Notes under the pieces: generated by a model
The model's database searches: none
Told to the model about the DNA's origin: nothing
The model's input: the letters and a program-made list of their open reading frames with translations, nothing else
Part shown: positions 56,519 to 64,000 of the stretch, piece by piece
Numbering within the stretch: the stretch's first letter is position 1
Layout: each line of letters opens with the position of its first letter
NCBI GenBank assembly: GCA_963749595.1
Contig: CAVVNJ010000009.1
Span: 1,380-65,379 of the forward strand
DNA: 64,000 nt
Source of the DNA: Candidatus Woesebacteria bacterium
Lineage (GTDB): Bacteria; Patescibacteriota; Microgenomatia; UBA1400; UBA1396
Direction of reading: 5' to 3'
Position numbers and translations under genes: made by a program

Positions 56519-57066
56519 ATCGTAAGTTGCAAGCCTATCGCGAGGAAGTCGTTCCTTTCCTGATGGAAAAGTTCGCCAAGAAAAATATCTTTGCCGTGGC
56601 TCGGTTGGATAAGATTACCATCAATGTCGGCATCGGGCGCGAAAGCGCTGCCAGAGACAAAGTCGTTGCGGCTGTCTCCGAACAATTGACCGCTATTACC
56701 GGCCAAAAACCCCGCACCAACCCCATCCGTTTGTCGATCGCCGGCTTTAAAATTCGCCAGGGCGAAGTGGTTGGTTTGTCCGTCACGTTGCGTGGTGACC
56801 GGATGTGGAGTTTCTTTGATAAGTTTGTTTCCATCGTTCTGCCACAGGTGAAAGATTTCTCCGGCGTTCCCCGTACGGCTTTTGATGTTAAGGGCAACTA
56901 TTCGTTGGGCTTACGCGAACAGATCATTTTTCCGGAGATTAAATATGATGAAATCGATCGAGTTCGCGGTCTGCAGATTGGTTTCTCCATTAGCAACTCG
57001 TCCGGTCGGGAAGAATCGCTCGCTCTATTAGAAAAACTAGGTATGCCCTTCACAAAAACGGAGTAA
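56515..57066 (+). CDS. rplE: 50S ribosomal protein L5
   Basis: Family match. Confidence 0.96.
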   Translation: MNRKLQAYREEVVPFLMEKFAKKNIFAVARLDKITINVGIGRESAARDKVVAAVSEQLTAITGQKPRTNPIRLSIAGFKIRQGEVVGLSVTLRGDRMWSFFDKFVSIVLPQVKDFSGVPRTAFDVKGNYSLGLREQIIFPEIKYDEIDRVRGLQIGFSISNSSGREESLALLEKLGMPFTKTE

Positions 57067-57069
57067 ATC

Positions 57070-57255
57070 ATGGCAAAGAAATCAAAAATCGCTCAGTCAC
57101 TCAAATATGCTGACCATTCAACCAAGGCCCACCATCGTTGTGCCTTGTGCGGTCGGCCGCGAGCGTACATGCGAATGTTTGGAATTTGCCGTCTTTGTTT
57201 CCGAGAATTGGCCCATAAAGGTGAATTACCAGGTGTGGTAAAATCGAGTTTTTGA
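57070..57255 (+). CDS. rpsZ: 30S ribosomal protein S14 type Z (zinc-binding)
   Basis: 61 aa with CxxC...CxxC (CALCGRP...CRLCFRE). Confidence 0.95.
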   Translation: MAKKSKIAQSLKYADHSTKAHHRCALCGRPRAYMRMFGICRLCFRELAHKGELPGVVKSSF

Positions 57256-57261
57256 GGTGAT

Positions 57262-57651
57262 ATGACTGATGCTGTTGCTGATTTAATAATCCGAATCAAA
57301 AATGCCTACTTGGCCAAGCATGACAAAGTGGTCTTGCCGGCGTCCAAACTGCGGGAAAACATTGCCCATATTTTAGTCGAAACCGGTTATGCCACTGGTG
57401 TTGAGCGGGTGACTAAGTCACCACAAGATGATCTGGTGATCACCCTGCGTTATATTAAAGGTAAGGCTGCGCTTTCCGACCTGGAGCGTGTCTCCAAACC
57501 TGGTCGCCGCATCTACGCCACGGCCGACAAGTTGCCGGTAGTGCTGTCTGGTTATGGTACCGCTGTCTTAACTACCTCCCAGGGAGTAATGACAGTTCAG
57601 CAAGCAAGAGACAAAAAACTGGGCGGGGAAATCCTGTTCAAGATCTGGTAA
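57262..57651 (+). CDS. rpsH: 30S ribosomal protein S8
   Basis: Family match. Confidence 0.96.
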   Translation: MTDAVADLIIRIKNAYLAKHDKVVLPASKLRENIAHILVETGYATGVERVTKSPQDDLVITLRYIKGKAALSDLERVSKPGRRIYATADKLPVVLSGYGTAVLTTSQGVMTVQQARDKKLGGEILFKIW

Positions 57652-57660
57652 TGGAATAAT

Positions 57661-58200
57661 ATGTCGCGTATTGGTAGAAAATTAATTCATCTTCCCACCG
57701 GCGTTACGGTGACCGTGGCCGATAATTTGGTGACGGTTAAGGGCTCCAAAGGCACACTGAGTGAGCCGCTTCCGGTTGGCATTCAAGTTAGTCAAACCGA
57801 TGATCAAATCGGTGTGACCAACCAACGTTCTGATCGTCAGTCCCGAGCCAATCATGGCTTGGTACGCGCCCAAATCAATAATATGGTCCATGGCGTTTCC
57901 GAAGGTTTTACGATTAAACTGGAAATGGTTGGCACCGGTTACCGCGTGTCAAAAAAAGGCCAGGGACTAACCCTGAGTATTGGTTTCTCTCATCCGGTAG
58001 AGATTGACCCCATTGCGGGGATCGAGCTGGGTGTTGAGGGCAACACCATCATTATTGTCTCCGGCATTAGTAAATATCTGGTCGGTCAGACTGCGGCGAA
58101 TATCCGGGCAATCCGGCCACCTGAACCCTACAAGGGCAAAGGGATTCGCTACCAGGATGAAGTGATCCGCCGTAAGCAAGGTAAGGCTGCTGCCAAATAA
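57661..58200 (+). CDS. rplF: 50S ribosomal protein L6
   Basis: MSRIGRKLI start. Confidence 0.96.
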   Translation: MSRIGRKLIHLPTGVTVTVADNLVTVKGSKGTLSEPLPVGIQVSQTDDQIGVTNQRSDRQSRANHGLVRAQINNMVHGVSEGFTIKLEMVGTGYRVSKKGQGLTLSIGFSHPVEIDPIAGIELGVEGNTIIIVSGISKYLVGQTAANIRAIRPPEPYKGKGIRYQDEVIRRKQGKAAAK

Positions 58201-58206
58201 GGATTT

Positions 58207-58557
58207 ATGAAAAGTCACGCGCTCAAACAGCTCCAAAAAACCCGCCGCGCCAAGCGTATTCGGGCGAAAATCTTTGGCACGGCCCAGCGGCCACGCCTTT
58301 CGGTGCATCGCACCAATCAGCATATCGCGCTCCAGGCGATCAATGATGAGTCCGGTGTCACCTTGGCAGCCGGTTCCGATCTCAAATTGAAGACCGGCAC
58401 CAAAACCGAACGAGCTCAGCAAGTGGCTGAGCAGGCCGCGGTTGATCTGCAAAAAGTCGGTGTTACTAAAGTCGTCTTTGACCGCGGCAGCTTCCGCTAC
58501 CATGGTCGCATTAAAGCCGTGGCCGAGACTCTTCGCCAAGCCGGAATTGAAGTTTAA
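58207..58557 (+). CDS. rplR: 50S ribosomal protein L18
   Basis: Family match. Confidence 0.95.
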   Translation: MKSHALKQLQKTRRAKRIRAKIFGTAQRPRLSVHRTNQHIALQAINDESGVTLAAGSDLKLKTGTKTERAQQVAEQAAVDLQKVGVTKVVFDRGSFRYHGRIKAVAETLRQAGIEV

Positions 58558-58565
58558 AGGGAAAA

Positions 58566-59309
58566 ATGATGAAAAACGACCAACAACGCAACCGTCCTTC
58601 TCGCCAGCCGCGGGAAGCCCGCGAATTTGAAGAGAAGGTGGTGCAAGTCAACCGCGTCTCCAAAAAGACCAAGGGTGGCAATAAGATGGGTTTTTCCGTG
58701 CTAATGGTGGTCGGTGACCGCCAGGGCAGTGTTGGTGTTGGTCTGGGAAAGGCTAAGGATGTTCTTAGTGCGATTCACAAAGGCGTCCGCAAAGCCAAGA
58801 AAAAAATGATCAAGGTTCCGATGAACGGAACAACCATCCCTTTTTCAGTTAAGGTCAAGCGTGGTGCGGCCTCAGTTTTGCTTCAACCAGCCCCTCGTGG
58901 TTCCGGCGTAATTGCCGGTGGTCCGATTCGGGCAGTGGTGGAGGCGGCTGGCATTCGGGATATTTCCAGCAAGATTTTGGGTACCAATAATAAAGCTTCT
59001 AACGTCTATGCCACTTTTGCGGCTCTTCAAGACATCCATCACATTGTTGGAGTCAAGGATATTAAACTGAAGTCCGCTTTGGAAGAAGAAGCGCAGGAGC
59101 GCCAGAAAGAACGCGAGGAACAGCGTTTGGCTCAAGAGAAGGCGACCGGTGCTGAAGTCGCCGAAGAAAAAGTTTCCCCCGCGAAAAAAGCGGTGGTGAA
59201 GAAAGTTATCACCAAGAAACCAGTAGTGGCCAAAAAGACCTTGGCAGTGAAGCCGGCTGCGGCTAAAAAGCCAGCGGCCAAAAAAGTTTCGGCCAAAAAA
59301 GAAGAGTAA
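58566..59309 (+). CDS. rpsE: 30S ribosomal protein S5 with a long Lys/Ala/Glu-rich C-terminal extension
   Basis: S5 core plus a tail of about 80 aa. Confidence 0.95.
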   Translation: MMKNDQQRNRPSRQPREAREFEEKVVQVNRVSKKTKGGNKMGFSVLMVVGDRQGSVGVGLGKAKDVLSAIHKGVRKAKKKMIKVPMNGTTIPFSVKVKRGAASVLLQPAPRGSGVIAGGPIRAVVEAAGIRDISSKILGTNNKASNVYATFAALQDIHHIVGVKDIKLKSALEEEAQERQKEREEQRLAQEKATGAEVAEEKVSPAKKAVVKKVITKKPVVAKKTLAVKPAAAKKPAAKKVSAKKEE

Positions 59310-59312
59310 CCT

Positions 59313-59753
59313 ATGAACCTGTTAAATAAACTACCATTAGTCAAGAAAAATGCCGCCAAACGCGTTGGTCGGGGCTATGGTTCCGGAATCGGTGGTCACA
59401 CCTCCGGTCGTGGTTCCAAAGGTCACGGTGCCCGCGAAGGCAAAGGCACGCCGTTGTGGTTTGAGGGTGGTCAACTGCCTTTGATCCGCCGCCTGCCTTG
59501 GTTGCGCGGTAAGGGCCGTTTCCAGTCCCTGAAAAAAATCAACGAAGTTCAGTTAGCCGCCGTTCTGGCGAAGAAATTAGCCACCGTAACGCCGGAGACT
59601 CTGGCCGAGGCCGGCTTGACTCGTCGCAATTATGGTTTACCCCGTTTGGTCGGCGCGATTGAACTGACTCAGCCGATTAAGGTTGAGCGAGTAACGGTTA
59701 CCAACCCTGTTAAGCAAGCGATTGAGAAAGCGGGAGGCAGCGTAACCTTGTGA
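59313..59753 (+). CDS. rplO: 50S ribosomal protein L15
   Basis: Family match. It directly follows rpsE, with no L30 gene between. Confidence 0.95.
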   Translation: MNLLNKLPLVKKNAAKRVGRGYGSGIGGHTSGRGSKGHGAREGKGTPLWFEGGQLPLIRRLPWLRGKGRFQSLKKINEVQLAAVLAKKLATVTPETLAEAGLTRRNYGLPRLVGAIELTQPIKVERVTVTNPVKQAIEKAGGSVTL

Positions 59754-61036
59754 ATCGCCTTTGGTCGACGATCCGCTCTCTTTGGACGTCGCGCGAAGTG
59801 CGCGCCAAGCTTATCGCAACCTTAGCTCTGACGGCTTTATTTCGGCTTTTTGCTCATGTTCCCCTTTTCGGGGTTGATTTGGAAAAATTAAGCGCCTTGT
59901 TCAAGCAAAGTCAATTTCTTGGTTTGCTGGATATCTTTTCCGGCGGCGCTTTAGCTCGTTTTTCGGTGATGGCGGTGGGCATCAGCCCTTATATCACGGC
60001 TTCTATTTTGATTCAGATGTCTGGCTTGTTTTTCCCCAAGATCAAGGAAATGCAGAAGGAAAGCGAAGGCAGTCGGGCTCAATTAAACCAGTGGACGCGC
60101 TTCCTGACCGTGCCGATCGCCGTGGCCCAATCCTTATCATTATTATTTTTGCTCCGCTCACAACAATTATTGGTTGCTGGTTCGCCACAGGAATTTGTGG
60201 CGATGATCGTTTCGTTGGTGGCCGGCTCAATGATCGTCATGTGGATCGGCGAGCAGCTGACCCGCTACGGCATTGGCAACGGAACTTCTTGGGTGATTTT
60301 TGTTGGTATCATCAGTCAAATACCAACTTCTTTTTCTCAGACCTGGGCGCTACGCTCCACCGTAAATCCCACTTACCTACTGCTTTTAGCGGCGGGCCTG
60401 GCCGCCGTGGTTTTGTCGATTGTGTTTATGAACGAGGCGATTCGCCGGGTGCCAATCCAGCAGGCCCGCCGCATCCGTGGTTCCCATACTTATGGCGGGG
60501 CGATGTCGCATATTCCGATTAAAGTCAACCAATTCGGCGTGATGCCGGTGATTTTTGCTTTGCCGATTTTAACGCTCCCAACTACCGTCGCGACGTTGCT
60601 GCTGAACGCTAAATTGCCATCCGGAATTATTGCTTTTGCCCGCCAACTGCAACTTTGGTTTGCGCCTGGTTCGCTGACTTATAATTGGCTTTACTTCCTC
60701 TTCGTATTCGGTTTCACCTTCTTTTCGATTTTTGTTTACTTTAATCCTAAAGATTTTGCCGAGGATCTGAAGAAATCCGGCGTCTATATTCCGGCGGTTC
60801 GTCCCGGTAAGCCGACGGCTGAGTTTCTCTTGCGGGTCTTACTGCGAATTTCGTTTGTCGGCGGCCTATTTTTGGGAGCGGTGGCCCTGCTGCCCATTCT
60901 GGCCCAGAAGGCCACGGGCGTTACCACGCTAACGGTTGGCGGTACTGGTTTGTTGATCGTTGTTTCGGTAGTCTTAGAAATGGTGCGTGCGGTGGAAGCG
61001 CAGCTAGTACAGGACCAATATGAGCAATACGTCTAA
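59750..61036 (+). CDS. secY: preprotein translocase subunit SecY
   Basis: 10-TM family pattern; GTG start overlaps the rplO stop. Confidence 0.95.
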   Translation: MNRLWSTIRSLWTSREVRAKLIATLALTALFRLFAHVPLFGVDLEKLSALFKQSQFLGLLDIFSGGALARFSVMAVGISPYITASILIQMSGLFFPKIKEMQKESEGSRAQLNQWTRFLTVPIAVAQSLSLLFLLRSQQLLVAGSPQEFVAMIVSLVAGSMIVMWIGEQLTRYGIGNGTSWVIFVGIISQIPTSFSQTWALRSTVNPTYLLLLAAGLAAVVLSIVFMNEAIRRVPIQQARRIRGSHTYGGAMSHIPIKVNQFGVMPVIFALPILTLPTTVATLLLNAKLPSGIIAFARQLQLWFAPGSLTYNWLYFLFVFGFTFFSIFVYFNPKDFAEDLKKSGVYIPAVRPGKPTAEFLLRVLLRISFVGGLFLGAVALLPILAQKATGVTTLTVGGTGLLIVVSVVLEMVRAVEAQLVQDQYEQYV

Positions 61037-61058
61037 AGAAAATACTAAATCCAAGGCG

Positions 61059-61617
61059 ATGAAAATCGTTTTGATCGGTATCCAAGGAGCCGGTAAGTCT
61101 ACCCAAGGCAACTTATTGGCCGAAAAATACGGCCTGCCTTATCTTATCCTCCGGCCACATTTTCCGCGAGATGGCCAAGGAAAAAACCCCGCTGGGCCGC
61201 TATATCAAAGAGACCATGAATTCTGGTGCCTTGATCCCGGATGACAAAACCCTGGAGATTGTCGAGGACTATTTGTCCCGGGCGGAATACAAGAAGGGTT
61301 ATATTCTGGATGGGTTTCCCCGCACCATTCCCCAGGCCGAAGCATTCAGCAATGGTGTGTCTGCCGTGATCTACCTCAAGGTTTCTGACCGCGAAGCCCT
61401 ATGGCGCATTGCCGGGCGGATCCTCAATGCCGCCGAAATCCGCGCTGATGAAACTCTGCCTTCAATCCGCAAGCGTATCGATATGTTCCACGAATTCACC
61501 GAACCGGTGATTAATTACTACCGTAAAAAGGGTCTCTTAGATGAGGTCGACGGTGAGCGGGACGTCCACGTGATCTTTGAAGATCTGTGCCACCAGCTGG
61601 AGGAGCGGCATCGCTAG
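61059..61617 (+). CDS. adk: adenylate kinase, one frameshift near 61145 in this assembly
   Basis: The P-loop GIQGAGKST is in one frame; GHIFREMAKEKTPLG...DGFPRT is in the next. Confidence 0.88.
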
Positions 61618-61700
61618 ATTGAGCCTTGAGGAAGTCGAGTATTTTTGATACAATTCGACTTCTGTAAAATAAAACTGCTACAAAGAAGAAAAGGAGAAAC

Positions 61701-61976
61701 CTGAAACAACCGCGCGCTGACGTCTTCGAAATCAAGGGGACGGTAACAGAGGCATTGCCCAACACGATGTTTCGGGTACAGGTTACGGAAGGAAAAGTCG
61801 AGATAATCGGCCGAATCCTTTTGTGTACGCTCACTGGGAATATGCGCCGTTTCAGCATTCGCGTGCTGCCAGGCGACATGGTCTTAGCTGACGTCTCGGT
61901 GTACGATACCGGCCGAGGGCGAATTACTCGCCGTCTGCGAGAAGGGGACTTGAATCAAAGTCCGAGAGTGGAATAG
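61701..61976 (+). CDS. infA: translation initiation factor IF-1 (no in-frame ATG before the conserved core; CTG at 61701 after AAGGAG is the best candidate start)
   Basis: The S1-like core EIKGTVTEALPNTMFRVQ lies upstream of the first ATG. Confidence 0.75.
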   Translation: MKQPRADVFEIKGTVTEALPNTMFRVQVTEGKVEIIGRILLCTLTGNMRRFSIRVLPGDMVLADVSVYDTGRGRITRRLREGDLNQSPRVE

Positions 61977-61983
61977 GAAACGT

Positions 61984-62097
61984 ATGAAGTACAAAACCAG
62001 TATCAAACCGCGCTGCTTGCAGTGCAAAATTGTGCGCCGAAAAGGGGTGCGCCAGGTCCGTTGCGTTAACCGACGCCACAACCAGACCCAGGGATAA
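61984..62097 (+). CDS. rpmJ: 50S ribosomal protein L36
   Basis: 37 aa, MKYKTSIKPRCLQCKIVRRKGVRQVRCVNRRHNQTQG. Too short to appear in the ORF track. Confidence 0.9.
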   Translation: MKYKTSIKPRCLQCKIVRRKGVRQVRCVNRRHNQTQG

Positions 62098-62106
62098 GGA
62101 AAAGTT

Positions 62107-62517
62107 ATGCCTCGTATTGCCGGTATCGATCTACCAGTTCGCAAGAAATTATTTATCGCCCTGACCTATATTTTTGGGATTGGGCGGACGAACGTTGAAG
62201 AGATCCTGAAACGGGCCAATGTTGACGGCCAGAAACGAGTTGAGCAGTTAACCTCCGAAGAAGTCAGCCGCTTGCAAAAAGTCATTGAATCCGGATATGA
62301 AGTCGAAGGTGCGTTGCGCAAAAAAGTGCGCGATTCGATTGAGCGTTTGAAGCGGATTGGTTCCTACCGTGGCATTCGCCACGTCCGGGGTTTACCGGTT
62401 CGTGGACAGCGCACTCGGACTAACGCCCGTACCGGTCGCGGCAAACGCCGGACTGTGGGTGCTCTGACCAAGGAAATGGCAGCCAAGCTGGAAACAGTAG
62501 CCACTAAGAAGGTATAA
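62107..62517 (+). CDS. rpsM: 30S ribosomal protein S13
   Basis: MPRIAGIDLP start. Confidence 0.96.
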   Translation: MPRIAGIDLPVRKKLFIALTYIFGIGRTNVEEILKRANVDGQKRVEQLTSEEVSRLQKVIESGYEVEGALRKKVRDSIERLKRIGSYRGIRHVRGLPVRGQRTRTNARTGRGKRRTVGALTKEMAAKLETVATKKV

Positions 62518-62519
62518 CC

Positions 62520-62909
62520 ATGAAACCGCAAAAATCCAAAGCCACCAAAAAAGTCCTGAAAGCCGTTCCGGCTGGTCGGATTTACGTTAACGCTACTTTC
62601 AATAATACGATTGTAACCGTTACCGACGAGCAGGGTAATGTTTTAACCAGTGCTTCGACCGGGCAAGTCGGTTTTTCCGGATCCCGCAAGTCTACCCCCT
62701 ATGCCGCTACCGTCACGGTTGAACAAGCTGTTGACAAATCCCGCGCCTATGGCTTGCGCACGGCTGAACTATTCATTAAAGGTCCCGGCCCCGGTCGTGA
62801 TGCCGCTCTGCGGGTCATCAAGAACGCCGGTATCCATTTAACCATGATCGCTGATGTTACCCCCATGCCTCATAACGGAACCAAAGCAAGAAAGATTCGC
62901 CATGGCTAG
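62520..62909 (+). CDS. rpsK: 30S ribosomal protein S11
   Basis: Family match. Confidence 0.96.
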   Translation: MKPQKSKATKKVLKAVPAGRIYVNATFNNTIVTVTDEQGNVLTSASTGQVGFSGSRKSTPYAATVTVEQAVDKSRAYGLRTAELFIKGPGPGRDAALRVIKNAGIHLTMIADVTPMPHNGTKARKIRHG

Positions 62910-63512
62910 ATATACCGGACCGAAAAATAAGCTCGCCCGCCAGTTGAGCCAAGACTTGGGCTTGAAGTCGAACCCGCTCAAAGTAGCGCGTCGCCTTAAT
63001 GTTCTGCCCGGAATGCACGGCCGCAAGATGCGCCGCAAAACTTCGGATTACGGTCGTCAACTGTTGGAAAAACAGAAACTGCGGTTTGCTTACGGCGTTC
63101 AGGAAAAATACTTACGTCAACTTTATGGTCGTAGCCATGAAGACCCCTTCCGCTACCGGTCAGGCCCTGCTAAAACTATTGGAACGCCGCCTGGACAATG
63201 TTGTCTTTCGCTTGGGTTTTGCGCCCAACCCGCGCCGCTGCCCGCCAGCTAGTTACCCACGGTCACGTCCAAGTTAATGGCAAGCGCCTAAGCATCCCGT
63301 CTTACCGCGTTTCGATTAGCGAAACCGTGGCCCTGGACGACAAGGCCGCCAAAATCCCTTACGTCGCTGAGCTCTTGACCAGCAAAACCGTTGGTCTGCC
63401 CAAATGGTTGGAGCGCCAGGCCACCGTTGGAAAAATTGCCGCTTTACCAGAACGAGAAGATATCACTGAAGGCGTGGACGAGCAACTCGTCGTTGAGTAC
63501 TATTCAAGATAA
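62902..63512 (+). CDS. rpsD: 30S ribosomal protein S4, two frameshifts in this assembly
   Basis: [13 protein letters not shown] start. The S4 sequence continues across frame changes near 63130 and 63226. Confidence 0.9.
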
Positions 63513-63520
63513 GGAGATTT

Positions 63521-64000
63521 ATGATCAAGCCAGTTTTTAACGTCACTATTGCCAAACAGGAAGCCGATTTTACTACTTTCGTCTTGGAACCTTTGGAGCA
63601 TGGTTTCGGCCACACTCTGGGCAACTCCTTGCGCCGAGTTTTGCTTTCCTCGATTGAGGGTCACGCGGTTACTCGCGCCAAGATTAAGGGAGCCGATCAT
63701 CAGTTCTCTACCATTAAAGGAGTGACCGAAGACGTAGTCGAGTTATTGCTCAACGTCAAAGAAATTCGGGTTAAATCTTCCCTCGACGATATTTCCACTC
63801 TAACCCTCTCGGTCAAGGGCGGCGAAGTCAAAGCCGGTGATATTGAATGCCCGGCCGGGGTTGAGATTATTAATCCCGAACTCCACATTGCCACTTTATC
63901 TGGCAATACGGCTTTTGAACTGGAGCTAACGGTGGAAAAGGGTATGGGCTACGGCCCGGCGACCGATCGCGAAGCGATTGGCGTATCCGGTGATCTGTTG
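63521..64000 (+). CDS. rpoA: DNA-directed RNA polymerase subunit alpha, N-terminal part (runs off the window)
   Basis: RBS AAGGAG; LEPLEHGFGHTLGNSLRRVLLSSIEG motif. Absent from the ORF track because there is no stop codon in the window. Confidence 0.93.
   Translation, partial: MIKPVFNVTIAKQEADFTTFVLEPLEHGFGHTLGNSLRRVLLSSIEGHAVTRAKIKGADHQFSTIKGVTEDVVELLLNVKEIRVKSSLDDISTLTLSVKGGEVKAGDIECPAGVEIINPELHIATLSGNTAFELELTVEKGMGYGPATDREAIGVSGDLL

Overview
The window reads as a chromosomal segment from a small-genome, CPR/Patescibacteria-like bacterium. This placement is an inference from three things: the rpoBC-str-S10-spc-alpha backbone has no rpmD/L30 between rpsE and rplO, there is a tandem array of two-TM T4SS-type pilin paralogs, and there are many lineage-specific small secreted proteins.

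Layout, left to right:
- Two mevalonate-pathway genes (mvaD fragment, idi).
- A minus-strand Gram-positive-type T4SS-like operon: giant TM protein with a CHAP-like hydrolase end, a PrgI/VirB3-like protein, and VirB4. It is divergent from six tandem pilin-like genes, one of them triple-frameshifted.
- A 600-bp ORF-poor region rich in GGAC motifs.
- Cell-envelope and housekeeping genes: murJ, rpsT, GH18, PBP1A, cmk, ldh, ddl.
- tRNA-Cys, then a T-box-type leader in front of argH-argG.
- groES-groEL with a CIRCE-like operator.
- A CX5R phosphatase-like gene, a leaderless micro-ORF and a racemase.
- A four-gene tandem family of uncharacterised paralogs.
- rpoB-rpoC, then a 2.5-kb island of surface proteins.
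- rpsL-rpsG-(inserted ORF)-fusA-tuf, then a 4.4-kb accessory island.
- rpsJ through rpoA, which is truncated at the window end.

Most notable observations:
1. A strictly 44-nt hairpin plus GCTACAAAAT box occurs 5 times, plus one short variant, around translation genes, with compensatory base changes.
2. A canonical T-box antiterminator/terminator switch sits upstream of the arginine genes.
3. TGnTATAAT promoters sit 6-10 nt from start codons, implying leaderless mRNAs.
4. A tandem paralog family is accompanied by a GGAATSATTCC palindrome array.
5. Frameshifts cluster in essential genes (fusA, rplC, rpsD, adk). These most likely reflect local assembly indels.

No CRISPR array, transposase, integrase or rRNA was seen.
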